DNA of 64,000 bases from contig OZ237735.1 in assembly GCA_965178125.1 (NCBI GenBank), positions 1,922,001-1,986,000 of the forward strand. The letters are read 5' to 3'. Position numbers and translations under genes: made by a program. Source of the stretch: Bilabrum cf. latius (Eukaryota). Each line of letters starts with the position of its first letter. Position 1 is the first letter of the stretch. Below the pieces are notes generated by a model. That model saw only the letters and a list, made by a program, of their open reading frames with translations. It was not told the origin of the DNA and ran no database searches. Positions 23,375-35,878 of the stretch are shown in pieces.

Positions 23375-26026
23375 ATGACAGCCACAGCTACCAGACTTCA
23401 ATCTATGTTTAGGTTTTATTTCTGGCTGTGCCTGGGTGCTGTTGCTATTGGGCGAGCTCATTCCTCGGTTATCATTGCAAATCGACGGTCCGGCTGGAAG
23501 GGATTGTTGAGCCGAACTTGCGAACTGCCCACCGGTTGGCAATTTGTGAACCGATATGTGCAATCTCCAGTGGCGGCGAACGTTTTTGCTGGGATGACTG
23601 ACCCAGACTGGTCGCTCAGAGACGTCAGCCACTACGTATCAGCCGGCTCTTCGATACAGATGGGCGTATGCCTGTCAGAGACCGATGGGGCATGGTCAAA
23701 TGGATGGAGTTCGACCACTAAGAATGCAATTTCTCCACAAGTAGCTGCTTTGGTTGTCGCTCGCGCTCACGCCGCTGCTACCGTCCAGCCCGTAGAACCG
23801 GACAATCGCATGCGGGCTGTAGCAATGAGACTGCAACTCGAAGACCTGGATCCGGAGACCGCACCAAATGATTCAATTTGGTTGCGTGGTCCCGGTCGAC
23901 TCTCGGCGCGAGTTCCAGACCCAGTGGATCTGCTGTATGCCAGGCAATCGTTCCGCTCACCGGTTGCCGTGCATCCAGTGGTGCTGAGAGCGAATAGTCC
24001 AGAAGCTGCATGCATGAACCGAATCACTGCTATTGTTCCAGAATTGCACAGTTTGAATATTAGTGACTGGAGCGCGGATGGGTCATACAAGCTGTCTATT
24101 TCCACGGTGGTAGAGCACTTCCTGAAGCGGCAGTCGGCCGGGCAAGCCGGGCAAGGTAAGCTGGCCGACATCGAAGCGAGACACTCCTTTGGACTCGATT
24201 CGGGCGATCCTGCTGTTCGTTTACTGCTGGAGTCTTGGTGGATCCCGCAGTCGTCGGTACTTCTGGTCCCACGCATCGCCATACACGGTGGAAATCCCAG
24301 CACCCCCCCGGTAGCAGAAGTCAACTCAGACCTTCCTCACTGGCCCAGACTCGCGACGCGGATCTGCGACCTCGCAAATTCGCTAGAAAGCACCAAGGAG
24401 GGCATTCATACCGTAGATTCAGAGCGTAATGCAAAACCTTCTATGGCACGAATTGACGCCGACAGGAGCCGAGTCGGAGCGCCCGGCACCAACACCATTC
24501 CGCAAGTCCCAATGCACCTGATGCTGCACCCTACCCTGATCCCGAGGCTGCAGCAATTGCTAGTCAAGTCATCTAGGCTGGCTGCTTCGCCCCAGTCAGA
24601 AGATGTCGTGCGCGAGCTGCGGTTGGAGGTCTCGGAGCTGCTCCAAGCCGCGCGGGATCAGCCATGGGAAGCACGAGCGTACTTGGTCACCGCACGCGAG
24701 TCTGCCAAAGAGATTCGCAAGTACATTGCTACTCTGGGATTGACAGGCTCTCCAAACGAGGAGACGCCGCGCTCGTCTGTGAATGATTTCGCTAACTTGC
24801 TGGCCAGGCCTGGCCTATCGGCCGTGGTAAGCCTCTGTGAACGACTGGACGCGAATTAGCCGACTCCCCCCTTCCGGGGTGTGGCGGATGGCACCAACCA
24901 GTATGTCCACGGTGGTCGCGACTTTTTGATCGGAGGTGTAGAGTTTGCGTCGTCTTGCTCTCAGTCCAGAGAGGCGGCGTGGGACCACATGTCTCTAGCG
25001 GGGTGGATCGCGGCCGACCTGCCGCCGATGGTCCCAACTCTGCAGCGCTGGCCCGGATTGTCTGCAGTTTCCGACCCAAGGAAGCACATGGCTGGCTGTG
25101 CAGCTGGTGAAGAGGGGCCGATGCTGCCAAACCTCGAGAACGTGGCGTGCCCTGGCTCAATGGCCAATCGGAATGCTCCATCTAGAGCCCCGTGGGCATG
25201 TGACGCACAACCAGCTGTCAATGAGGGTCACTACGGGCCAGCCCACGCATACCGCGACCTGCTCGTACCTGGCGCGTTGAGTGCCCTAAAGGGCTTCGAT
25301 CGATGGGTGATCGAGCACGTGTACCCAGGGATGCGAAACGGGTTTTTCGTCGAGGCAGGGGCTGTGGATGGTGTGGTAATCAGCAATACGTACGCACTGG
25401 CAAAGTCGTACGGCTGGCGAGGGCTGCTTGTCGAGGGCCGCAGCGACCAAGCTGAGGTCCTGCGTAGCTGTCGGCCAGAATCTCACGTAGAGATTGCGGT
25501 GCTTGCGGCAGATGATGGCATTTCGCTGCTTGAGCGCAAACACCCCAACGGCAACAAGATGGAGGGCATCATCGCTTAGTTCGAATACGAGAGCAACAAC
25601 GCGACCCTTCCGCCCAGCGATGGAGCTGTGAAGGGTCGCACGCTGGCCTCTCTGCTGGACCACGCTGGTGCCCCACGCTTCGTGCACTACCTCTCTCTCG
25701 ACGTGGAGGGCTTCGAGTGGGAGGTCTTGAGGACGTTTCCGTTCGAGAAGTACACATTTGGTGCCCTGACCATCGAGCACACGCACCACAGGCACTACGA
25801 GAAGGCCGCTCGTATCACGGCGATGTTGCTAGAGAATGGCTACGTCAGGGAGCGGCGGTGGAACGACGACCTCTGGCTTCACCACACTGTTGCGGACAAG
25901 CTAGCTCGCAGGCAGCACGAGCAGTGGCGCAGGAGGCGGTGGCAGTCCAGGCACGCCGGCTGGATGGGCATTTACAATTTTGGGTCGTTTGGAGAGTGCT
26001 TGCGAATGCCTTTCCTAGCTCTATGA
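23375..26026 (+). CDS. N-terminally anchored or secreted protein with C-terminal FkbM-family methyltransferase domain (883 aa)
   Basis: Hydrophobic N-terminal segment; GFFVEAGAVDG..SNTYAL...GWRGLLVEG and YLSLDVEGFEWEVL. Three ORFs in one frame joined by TAG at 24857 and 25577. Ends in TGA. Confidence 0.78.
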
Positions 26027-26269
26027 GGCGATGATCATACGGGTCGAATATCTGGGAAGTAGGAAGGTGTCTGTCGCAGCATGACGCCCGGACCAGCGCC
26101 TGGCAAAGCGTGAGGAGATTAGGGCTTCCACACAACGAAGGCCGCCCGGACTGATGGCGACAAGCTGCACGTTAGAGGAAGGAAGGTGGTACACACCGGT
26201 GTGATATTACCAACGCTGTATACATAACTATTTGATCCTGACGTGCACACTTAATGCTCAAGTTCGCCA

Positions 26270-29200
26270 TCAGGTTTTAACCACTACGGCGTTCCTCTGT
26301 CGCAGGAACTCTCTGGCCACCTGTAGCCGCTGCATCACCGGGTCTGGCAAGCTTCCCCTCAGCTAGCCGCGGGCTGGATGCGGCACATCGTACACGAGCC
26401 GCCTTTCCTCGGCTTTTCCTGACGCAATGCGAGGTGCGGCCTGCTCCTCAAGCATCACTTTCCGTTTCGATGGTGATACGAACAGCCGACGTCCGTCGGA
26501 AAACGAGAACTACAGGTCACCGTTAGGGCTCCGACTTGCATCGTTGACGGCTACAGAATTCCGTGCGGGGGCACGATCTTCCTTGGCCTCTGTACCTAGG
26601 CCTTCAGTTGCGGTCGAATCACTCAATTCCGAGTCACGAGCAAGCAATTGCCGGCGAACTTCTGGCTAAACGAGCTGGCGTTTCGCTTCAGCGCCTAGTG
26701 AATCAGCATCGCCATCGAGCGACTGCAGTAGCACCGCGCTTGCTGCTAGCCTTTGCACAGCCAGCGGTGCTTCTTCTAACCGAAAGCTCTTTCTTGTCCT
26801 CGAATGGCTCGTCGCGCTCCAAAGCGGCAGTGACATGAAGTCATTCCAGGTGGCCACCGTGGAGCCGCGCGCTGGATCAGCCATGCTTCGCAAGCGCAGT
26901 CTCGCCCCATCAGGTCGCATCAGCACTGCACGGATTGGGCCAGCGCCTGATCCAGCGGCAGGCTACGAATGGGAATCATCGTCGAGACGGACTGCTGGGA
27001 GTGCAATCGTCCACTGGCTCCCCTTCGGCCCGACTGCGAGTACGGTTGTTGGCAGGGGTCCATCGCACATCCACGTGCATGAGGTACCCATCGTATCCTC
27101 TACCTAGAGGAGCGTCCGGCGGCCGAGCGAAGCGCGGGCAAACTCAGAACCAACACGGTACAAGCGCCTACAAATCGGGGGCAGCTCGTGTGGACCCACT
27201 GGGGAACTGAACTTCGATCTACCTGCTGATTGCAGCCCGCCTGCCGCTGAGCAGTCGTAGTACCGCACAAATGCGATTGGCACAGACACTTTCTTTGTAA
27301 CGCTGTCATCGCGAGTCTCATGCCACGGCAAGACCATCACGGCTGCTCGGCACTTGCGTGATTTCACAAAAAGACCCGTGCCAGGCACGCTACGTATTCT
27401 TGTCGTTCTGGTCTTGAAGTCAGCTGGCCCCAGATGAGATACATTCACTGGAATGAGCGGCTGCTGCCCCTTTCTCATGTGTGGCTCTTCGCCCATTGCG
27501 AAGGGCTGCCGCGTGCATGTCGCAGTCGCGCCCTATGCCATGCTCACTGGCAGCGAATGCTCAACCGCAGATAAGCTGCTCTCCCTGTCTGGCACTGTGC
27601 CGTCCTTGTGAAACGAACGAGTGCTCTAGTCCAGGCAGTCCGCCGTGTCCATTGTGAGTTGGCCCTCATCATCCTCTGAACTATCACCTGCGAGCCAGCT
27701 GAACCCCGCGGACAATCCAGCGGCGGTTCTACCCGATGCAGCACTTGTGAGTCTACCGGCAGAGCCATTCGAATAAGATGTCTAGGCACCACCTGCAGCA
27801 GCTGCAGACGCACGCAGGACCTCCTGTGCCGTACAACATGCGCCACTTGCTGTGTCGTCCAAGCGCCCCTTGCCGGATCGCCAAGCTGCCAGGCTAGCCC
27901 TGTGATCCCGAGTAGCCTTCGCGGATGCTTCCTCCACGGTTTCTTCGACCTGCCAACGATTGGCTGCTTGGGCTGCCGCTTCAATCGGCCCCTAGGCGGG
28001 CGCTCTCGTCGGGCACGCGCGCTTCTCAGCTGCAACTGTAGCCCTGCCTTTCTGGCGTGGATCCACACCATGTTTCTGCGCCCTGCATCGAGCAAAATCC
28101 GACCGATCGCTCTATGTAGCGGACGGATCCAGTTGTCGCAGTAGGTCCTGCTTCGTTCCCGCCACATTGCCACGCACTTTGGGAATACAGTCTGACTCGA
28201 TCTTTGCATTTTCGTCACCAACTGCCCCGGAAACCGTAGATAGCTGATCTGCTGGCTCCGGGTCGCGTCCACTCTGGCTGGCGCCTGTGTGCGCGCTGAC
28301 TATGTGCAAGCCAGCTGCACCTACACCAGCACCGGCAAGGTCAGCGCTACCTCGACTGCTTGATTCAAGTTGAGTGCGCACTGCTTCCGGGCCTGGTCGT
28401 CGAGAAGACTCGCGTTGTACCTTTTCGCCTGGAAAGTTAGTGCCTTCGCCGCGACTAGACCCCCCTGCCTGCAAGTGTACGTCTCTGTGATCAGAGGGCG
28501 TGGTTTCTCCGAAAGCGCGGGCCTTGTTCTCGATCCCCAGCAACTGGTGCGTCCGTTTCAATCTCTGCTGCTGCTGCTGCTGCTGCTGCCGCTGCCGCTG
28601 CCGCTGCAAGATGCTACTACTTATTCTTAACGTTGGATTCTAAGGCCCTTCATCCTGTTCATATAACACGGAAGGTTCATACGCCACAGGGATCTCGATG
28701 TCAACGTCCAGGGACGGAATACTTACGTCAGCGAGACCTCCGCTCAAGACCATCGCCTCAGGCTTCGACTGATCCACATGCCGAGACATATACGGCGAGA
28801 GATGCGCCTTTGCCGATGCGAACTAGGTATTTTTTCTTGCATTAGTGAAACGCCTGTCGAGTTCCGAGCTAGTTCGGGACCGTAGAGTACGATGTCCGAT
28901 GCCAGCGTACGAATCGGGGGCTTCCTGTTGGAACGACTAGCTTGGCCCGCGGTCAAGTGACATTAGAGATCCAGACTCCGGCTCATCGGCTCGACTTGTC
29001 CCGTGCTACCGGAAATCATCCGGAAGCAACGCCGGTGTCGGTGCTTCCGCGGCTGGGACACTGTGCAGCTCAAAGTCACTGCGCCCTGATGATCCACAAG
29101 CAATTCTATCCTACTCCTGGTCAGCGCCTGGGTGCAACAATAAAGCAGAGGCTGTTGACTCGAATGTAACCGAACCACTGCCATCAATTTGCTTTCGAGG

Positions 29201-30723
29201 CAAGGTAGGTAGCAGCGCTGGCGGCATGCCTACGGCATCCGCAGCACGTGTTGCCTGGGCGCGGTCGGGCATGCGCATTCGAGCAGCACGACGAGCGCGA
29301 GCTGCCGCGAGGTACGGCTCCTGTCGCGATCCAGAGGCAGAGGCGGGCACTGGCCCCTCCTAAAGAATCGCAGCAGGGGCGCATTTAAAGAACGCGTGCT
29401 GCAGAGTGGCTGATGCTGTCGGCCGGTCTGCCGGCACCAACGCGAGCATTCGAAGCAGAATGTCCCTGCCGTCCGGACACAAGCAGCTAAGCGATGCCTC
29501 AAAATCGGCCCGCAGCCCACTTGCTGCTGCAACATCCCCCTCTCGACTGTCACCATCTCCACCGCGTCGAAGACGAGACGCCGCCCTGGCAGGCGAGCCC
29601 CCTTTCTCGAGAGGTGACACGCCGAATAGCATCGTGTACAGCAAGCAGCCGGCAGAGAACACATCGACTGCCGTCGTGTGTGGACTGCCTCGTGCTGGGC
29701 GTGATACTTCTGGTGCCGTGTATTGCGGCGTCCCGCAGACAGTGTAGTGCTCGCGGGCCGCTTCAGCAGCGCCGAGCCCTGGCCTAGCTACACCGGCCTG
29801 CCCTTCGCCAGGGACAATCGCACCCAGCTATGTGTCAGCCGGTACTGCAGGCAGCTGGCTGGCCAATCCAAAGTCTGCGAGCACCGCATCTACGGTTTCG
29901 AGAGCCCCTCCGTGCAAGATCACATCGTCGCATACGGGCTGCCTTAGCAGAACGTTGGACAGCTTCAGGTCGCGGTGCATCACTCCGCCCTCGTGCAGGT
30001 AGGCCAGCGCCTGCAGCAGCTGGCGCAGCAGCTCGCGGGCGAGTGTAGGGTGTAGTCGACACCGATGAAAATAGCGAGGCACCCCGCGGGATGCCACCGC
30101 AGGCGTGCATGTTTCCCGCTCCCGCAGCGCTGCCGCACGCCGCAGCAAGCCGAACACATCGCCACCGCGGCATACCTCCATGACAACCAGCACGTGGTGT
30201 GAGGTCTCACCAAAGTCCTGCAATAGTTTGCAAGAATCGAGCACACAATATAGGTTGGAAAAAAAGTGCAAATTTAGCCGGGCCACGGACGTAAGGGTTG
30301 GTTCGCTCACGCGCATGGCGACAATACGAGCATGTCGACACTTAGCCAGCAAGTCTATCTCATTAACAACTCTGCGGCGAAGAGGCTTCGACCGCATTCG
30401 TTTTTTCTCTATTACTTTAACGGCCACATGCTGACTGCGATGGAAGCGGAAGTACATGTGTTCGCTCAATCAACAAAATTCGAATCGGCAACTGGCGTGG
30501 GGGCGCTTGGCAATGCTTGGGGACGCATTCATACCCGCCTGCGGTGCTGCACTCGTAAACAACACCGAATCCACCATGCCCGAGGACACGAATCGGCTCT
30601 AGCTGCCGCGACTGTGAAGCATGAATCGAAAGTGCCACTAGCAAGGAATATGCGCGCATAGTACGAACGGCTGGCATTGGCGTGTCTCAAACTCACCTCC
30701 AGGCTACGTTTTGAATCACTCAT
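26270..30723 (-). CDS. PLK4: Polo-like kinase 4 (PLK4/SAK-like), 3 introns near the 5' end
   Basis: Kinase: LGHGGFGVVY, VAVKVIEKKRM..RRVVNEI, HRDLKLSNVLL, LADFGLA, HYTVCGTPQYTAPE. Read-through of many TAGs reaches cryptic polo-box-like motifs (PVNVSHLGPADFKT; HELPPICRRLYRVGSEF; CTWMCDGPLPT) and a PB3-like end (GDL*FSFSDGRRLFV...LPDPVMQRL). TGA at 26270. Confidence 0.8.
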
Positions 30724-30916
30724 CACTCATATTGTCTCAATGCACCGATCAATATCCTTGGCACGGGGTTTGTTGATTCGACTCAACTGCACTCCGTCGG
30801 CGAAGCGAGAATTGGCTCCGAATTGCATTTCACCATCCTCGAAGCCTTAGACTCGATTGCTGGCTGCGGAGGCAGTTTTCTGTTGTTTTTTCTCTTCTAT
30901 TAGAGTAAAATTTATT

Positions 30917-32337
30917 ATGGCGTCTGAATATGGTGAGAAATGGCTACTTGGTACATTGTGGGGAAACTAGTGTAGTCAATGTGCGATCTTCTACGTTTTA
31001 CTGTTCCGTTCTCCCTATCGTTTCGTCTAATCGTAGCCACCAGGCTGTCCTAGCTAAAATTGGAGTACGAGAAATTTATATAGGACGGGTCTGAGTTGGA
31101 TCGTGCAGTACGCATGAGCCTCTTGGAGACGTGAGAACGAGCCGCTCCAACCTGTTAGATCCTTGGAGGCTACGAACTAAGGATTTTGACACGCAGCCAA
31201 TCAAGTACTTTTTTGTTGTTATCTACACGCAGGAACGCTCGACGAGCTCTGGACGCCATCGGCGGCGGGGGCGAGGCGGCGCCTGTGTTCGTTGCTGATG
31301 CCTTCTAGGAGAGTATTGACACAAGCGAGCTAGGTAGGAAAGTCATGTAGGCTTTGGGATACGAACGGGTTGATGCAGAAAGTAATGGTGGGCTCGCACA
31401 ATGGAAATTCAACCCATCTCCAGCGAACCGTGTCCTTCTAACTGATCTGCTTGCGATTGTGAGCGGGACGAAGGACCCCGGTTCGTCAATCGAAACACTG
31501 CGGGCTGCAGGCAATGCTTCGGGTAATACCAGTAGCGTGAGTCCTAGCGAAACCCAGGAAAAGTCAGCAGGATCTGCCTCGGATATAACCAAGCCGGCTG
31601 ACGCTGAGGCGGCAAAGGCTAGCGGAGGCAGCAAGGCTACAGGTGGCAAGCTAAGCGGCAGCAAAGGTCCGAGCAACGCCGAAGCCATGACCGCAATCAT
31701 GGGCCAGCTCAAAGACAGCGAAGACAGTGGCAAGCCTGGTGGGGACCGGTTTCGGTCCCTCCCCATTGACATCGACCAGGTGGGATATTGCTACCAGCCG
31801 GGTCCATTGCGGGAGCAGCTGGCCAGGCACATCGCCAGCGCGAAGCTTGCCCTGCAGGTTCTAGCTAATCCAGCGCAGGCGGAGAAGATGGCGTAGGATA
31901 GTGCAGCACTGTCGGCATCCCCTCCCGGGGCTATCCAGGCCCAGATGCAGCGCATGCCTGGCCCGCTGAGAGTGCAATTCATGATCGTGGCTGGGGCGTG
32001 GCGCAGGTACTCTCAGTGGGCCGAGCTGCTCCGCAATGGGCTGCACCCCAAGGCCCTCGTAGACGAGATCCTCCGGGTCAACCCGGAGCTCAAGGCCGTG
32101 CAGGTGAACGTGCACCGGATCCAGGTCCCCGAGGCTGCCAACCCCGCCGGGTCCGCTGCACTCAGCAGCCAGAGCCTGCAGGAAGACGTGCCCGGTGCAC
32201 CCGGGGATGCCGAGGACTTCGTGAGGGCGGGGGCAATGGCTGCCGGAAGGAAGGTCGTAGCGAGCGGTGCAGCCAGCATCGTCGCCATGTTTCAGCTCGA
32301 GTCTACTCGCATGGAGGAATAGTTGGGCGCGCGATGA
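30917..32337 (+). CDS. Hypothetical protein, probably 2 introns near the 5' end
   Basis: ATG 30917 (MASEYGEKWLL) followed by GT. ORFs 31354 and 31945 share a frame joined by TAG and show coding-like codon bias; TGA at 32335. No family recognised; 5' exon structure tentative. Confidence 0.6.
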
Positions 32338-32464
32338 TGCAGTGCATTGCCTTACATAGTGCTTGCCAACGGGTAGACACACCATTTCTCCCAAGGGATC
32401 TGTCATCCAGCATGCTCCTCTTGCCAGGACTAGATCCAGCAGACTACGTCTAGATCTGGTCAAG

Positions 32465-33196
32465 TCACTTCCCACCTGCACATGCAGCTGCACCCCCAGC
32501 CGCTGCCCTAGTCCCATCGGCACCAGCTGTGCCGGCTGGGGTCTTGATTTTGGACTTTTCTGCAGCCTTGGGGCCTTCCTCTGATGTCGCTGCCTCTGCC
32601 TCCCGCTGCTCTCGTATCTCGGTCCGCACCGCCATCAGGCATTGGCCCAGCCGGTTTTGAGCTCCTGGCGCGAGCACTCCTGAAGAGCTCCGCTCCAAGC
32701 CGTACCCGGATCCCCAAATCTTGTCGAATGTAGAAGCTTCTACGAGTGTGGCATTTCCGGTGGATAGCAAAATGTCGGCTAGCTCGGGATCCGCGAACTT
32801 GCCACGCAGGCTCGCCATCATTGCGGCAGTGCTCGTGGATTTACCCCACACGTCCCAGACCGCGGGATCATTGCATTTTACTAAGCTCGTTTTTCCTTTG
32901 CCTGCCAGACCTTTTGCACTTCTGGCCGACCCGGCTGCACAGATGGCGTCAACAGCAGAACGGGTTTTGACATCGTCCCAGCCCAGACTGTTCCCGACAA
33001 ATTCAGCTTTCTGGGCCTAGAACGCATGCTCAGTGGTTCGCAGTCTTCGTTCGGTCCCCAGGATCCGAATAACTGTTGGATGCTTTGAAAAGTTTGAGAA
33101 CACACCATACTTTGTGTCACGCGTTCCGTTGGACCACTGTCCCTCCTCTTTAGTGAAAGCTAAATATTTTGATGGCTCACACCCAATTCCAGCCAT
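32465..33196 (-). CDS. NADAR (YbiA/RibX-like) family protein, 243 aa
   Basis: YGVFSNF, TTEHAF*AQK, LRGKF, LLSTGNATLVEAS..DKIWGSG and GAQNRLGQCLMAVR. TAG at 33017-33019; ends in TGA. Confidence 0.88.
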
Positions 33197-33376
33197 ACTG
33201 ATGCCGGTACTGGGTGTGCAGGCTTGATTTCGTTCAAAAACAGTATAGTTTGCCGCGATCAGTGTCGTTCTTGTCTTCCCGTCAAACCGGAACCACTGGC
33301 ATGATGTTGTTTGTTCCGGAAATCCCGATATTTCGTGCTCCCGGTGATTCATGCTCGCACAAGCTCTCTCGCCATC

Positions 33377-35689
33377 ATGACCTCTTGGGGAGTGCTCCTG
33401 GCAATACTGGCCCATGCTCGTGCAAGTTCACAAACGTTGTCTGAATCGGATGCCCCGTGGACTGTTTGCGATGCAAATCCACAGCACATGGCTTGCACGT
33501 CAGCGCGCCCACGTGTCGATCGGGTGACCCCGGAGATCCCGGCAAGCGAATTTTTCAGGGACTACGTCTCGTAGAGACGACCAGTTTTGATTGAAGGAGC
33601 CGTTTCGACTGCCCCTGCTCTGAGCGAGTGGACGGATTCTGCTCTGGTAGAGCGGTTCGGAGGAGTTGAGCTAAAGATTGAAGAGAAGCGAGAGAAGAAG
33701 TCAACCGTGGACATGAACGGCTCTGTGGGTTTAGGACGCGAGACAATGGCAAAGTTCATCCAAGGATTCGATTCGAATGACGCATATGTCGTATCCTAGC
33801 TGCCAAGTCCCATGTACGACGACGTTGCAGTACCTGCCGTGGCAGCCGACGGTCCATTGGCAGGGTCCATGCTTGAAGCGAACCTTTGGATGTCGAGCGG
33901 AAACACAAGTAGTTTGCTCCACAGAGACGCTGACAACGTGATCAACTGCGTGGTCCGGGGCTAGAAGCATTGGCTTCTGCTGGACCCCACGGCGGCAGCA
34001 GGCCTGCCTATGTCGTCGGAGCGGCAAGCCGAGCTTGGAGGATTCGTCGTCACAGACCCCGAACGCGTAGACGCTGACACGAAACGGACGCTGGATCGGT
34101 TTGGTGTGTCCGTTGCGACGCTTGGTCCCGGCGACTGCCTGTTCCTGCCTTGGGGCTACTTGCACCAGGTCACGACTCCATCCCCTGGCCACCGCAGCAT
34201 CGCCTACTCGATGCTGTTCCCCGTGCAGCACAGGGGCGATTGCAACCGGGGCGCAACAAATCAAACAGAGGGACGAGAGCAGCCGATGGCCTCGGAGTCC
34301 GAAGTGCGGCACGGCAGAGCAGTGCCCCTGTCACGGCAGCCCCCACTGTGGGAGTACCCAGGCCACGGGCCCATGTCTATGGGCAACGCAGATCCGCGCA
34401 GCGTGTACCACTCGATTCGGACCTTCCTGAGGAGCAAGCCCAACTGCCCAAATACCGACAACACCGGGGGAAATCAGCTTGCTCCGGCAGAAGCCAGTGC
34501 TGATTCCAAAGAGTGCGGCTTCGCATCCTTCGAAGAGGTGGTGGAGCACGCAAAAGCAAGAGCTGGATCCGCCTGGGACGATTCATACGAGCAGTACGTA
34601 AAGCAAGAGTGGTCCAATGCGGGCTTTTACCCCGCACAGGCGCGCCGCTCCTCTTTGAACCAATACAATCCATGCGTGGGCATGCCAGAGCTGGTCGAGT
34701 TCCTCATTAGCCTGGTGGAATCCAGCGCAGAGGCCGATCTGATCCCGGAGGAGAAGCCCCAGCTGCAATCAATTGCCACGGACTGGATCGATGCGATCGA
34801 CTCCAACCACGACTGGTTCGTGTCCCTGCGAGAGCTTGAGGCCGCTGAGCACGAGAGGAGCAGCGCCGCCGCCATGCTGCCCCTGTTGAGCTACGACCCA
34901 ACCAACTCCCCCTTCTACGAGATGTACAAGGTGTCCCATGACCAAGTGGGCGATGCTCTTCGGTCCGCCCTCCCGGCACTATTCCAGACCAGAAACAAGG
35001 ACAAAACGTCGCCAGTGCTCGATACAGAGTGTGGCGAGGTGGTGCGGGCGTACACTTCGACCTCGGGGGGCACCCGGCTCTTTGCACTCTCCATGTGCCA
35101 CTACCTCGAAGGCGGCGCAGATTCGTTCCAGGCGGCTGTGCAAGCCTGCCAGCAGGTTCAACGAGACAACGACGCGCCCCATTCTCCCCCAATTGAAGGG
35201 ATCAGCCACGAGGAGATCGAGAACCCGTCCGTGTCTGGCAGGCAAGCCAACGGCGACGGCGAGGAAGGTGGGTCAGAAGGTGGGTCAGAAGGGGCAGACA
35301 ATGAGGAGGAGGAGGAAGAGGAGGAGCACCCCCTCAAGCCCGTGGCACGCGATCTAGGGCTGCAAGATGACGATTTCGAGCAGTTCGTGAAGGATCACGC
35401 GGCTGCTTGCGAGAGGTGGGAGAGGGAGCACGAGGACCCCAAGAGCCCCATGTACCAGGCGCCGCCGCCGCCTGGATACACGCCCAAGGGATCCAAGCAG
35501 CAGACGCAGAGCTAGACGGAAGAACCTCGTCGTAATCAAGACCGCCTCCAAGCGTGCTCTCTGGACGAGAACCGTGTCCTTCAGCTGACGGGGGCTCGCC
35601 CCCGCGCCCGAGACATCGTCGAGGCGTTCGCTGCTCGGCGCTCCAGGTCGGACCCCGCCCTCGGTGACGCAGAGAAAATCAAGGGGTGA
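33377..35689 (+). CDS. Secreted or ER JmjC/cupin-8 2OG oxygenase with an EF-hand-like motif (770 aa)
   Basis: Signal peptide MTSWGVLLAILAHARA; EFFRDYVS*RRPVLIEGA, WTDSAL, NLWMSSGNTSSLLHRDADN, RG*KHWLL, LGPGDCLFLPWGYLHQV; DAIDSNHDWFVSLREL. Single frame to TGA at 35687. Confidence 0.85.
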
Positions 35690-35878
35690 TCTCGGCAGTC
35701 AACCCATTTTCCCCGCCGATACCCCTACCTTTGCGGGAAGTCCTGAAGTGGCGGTGGGCGGCCCACCGTGGGCCGATGAATAGCACTTCCGGTTTATCAG
35801 GTGCCAAAGCCATTTCATTCTTCCCTCTCCTCCCCTTGTGTTAATGCTTGTTGCAAATCCTGTTGTCTGAAGATAAAT

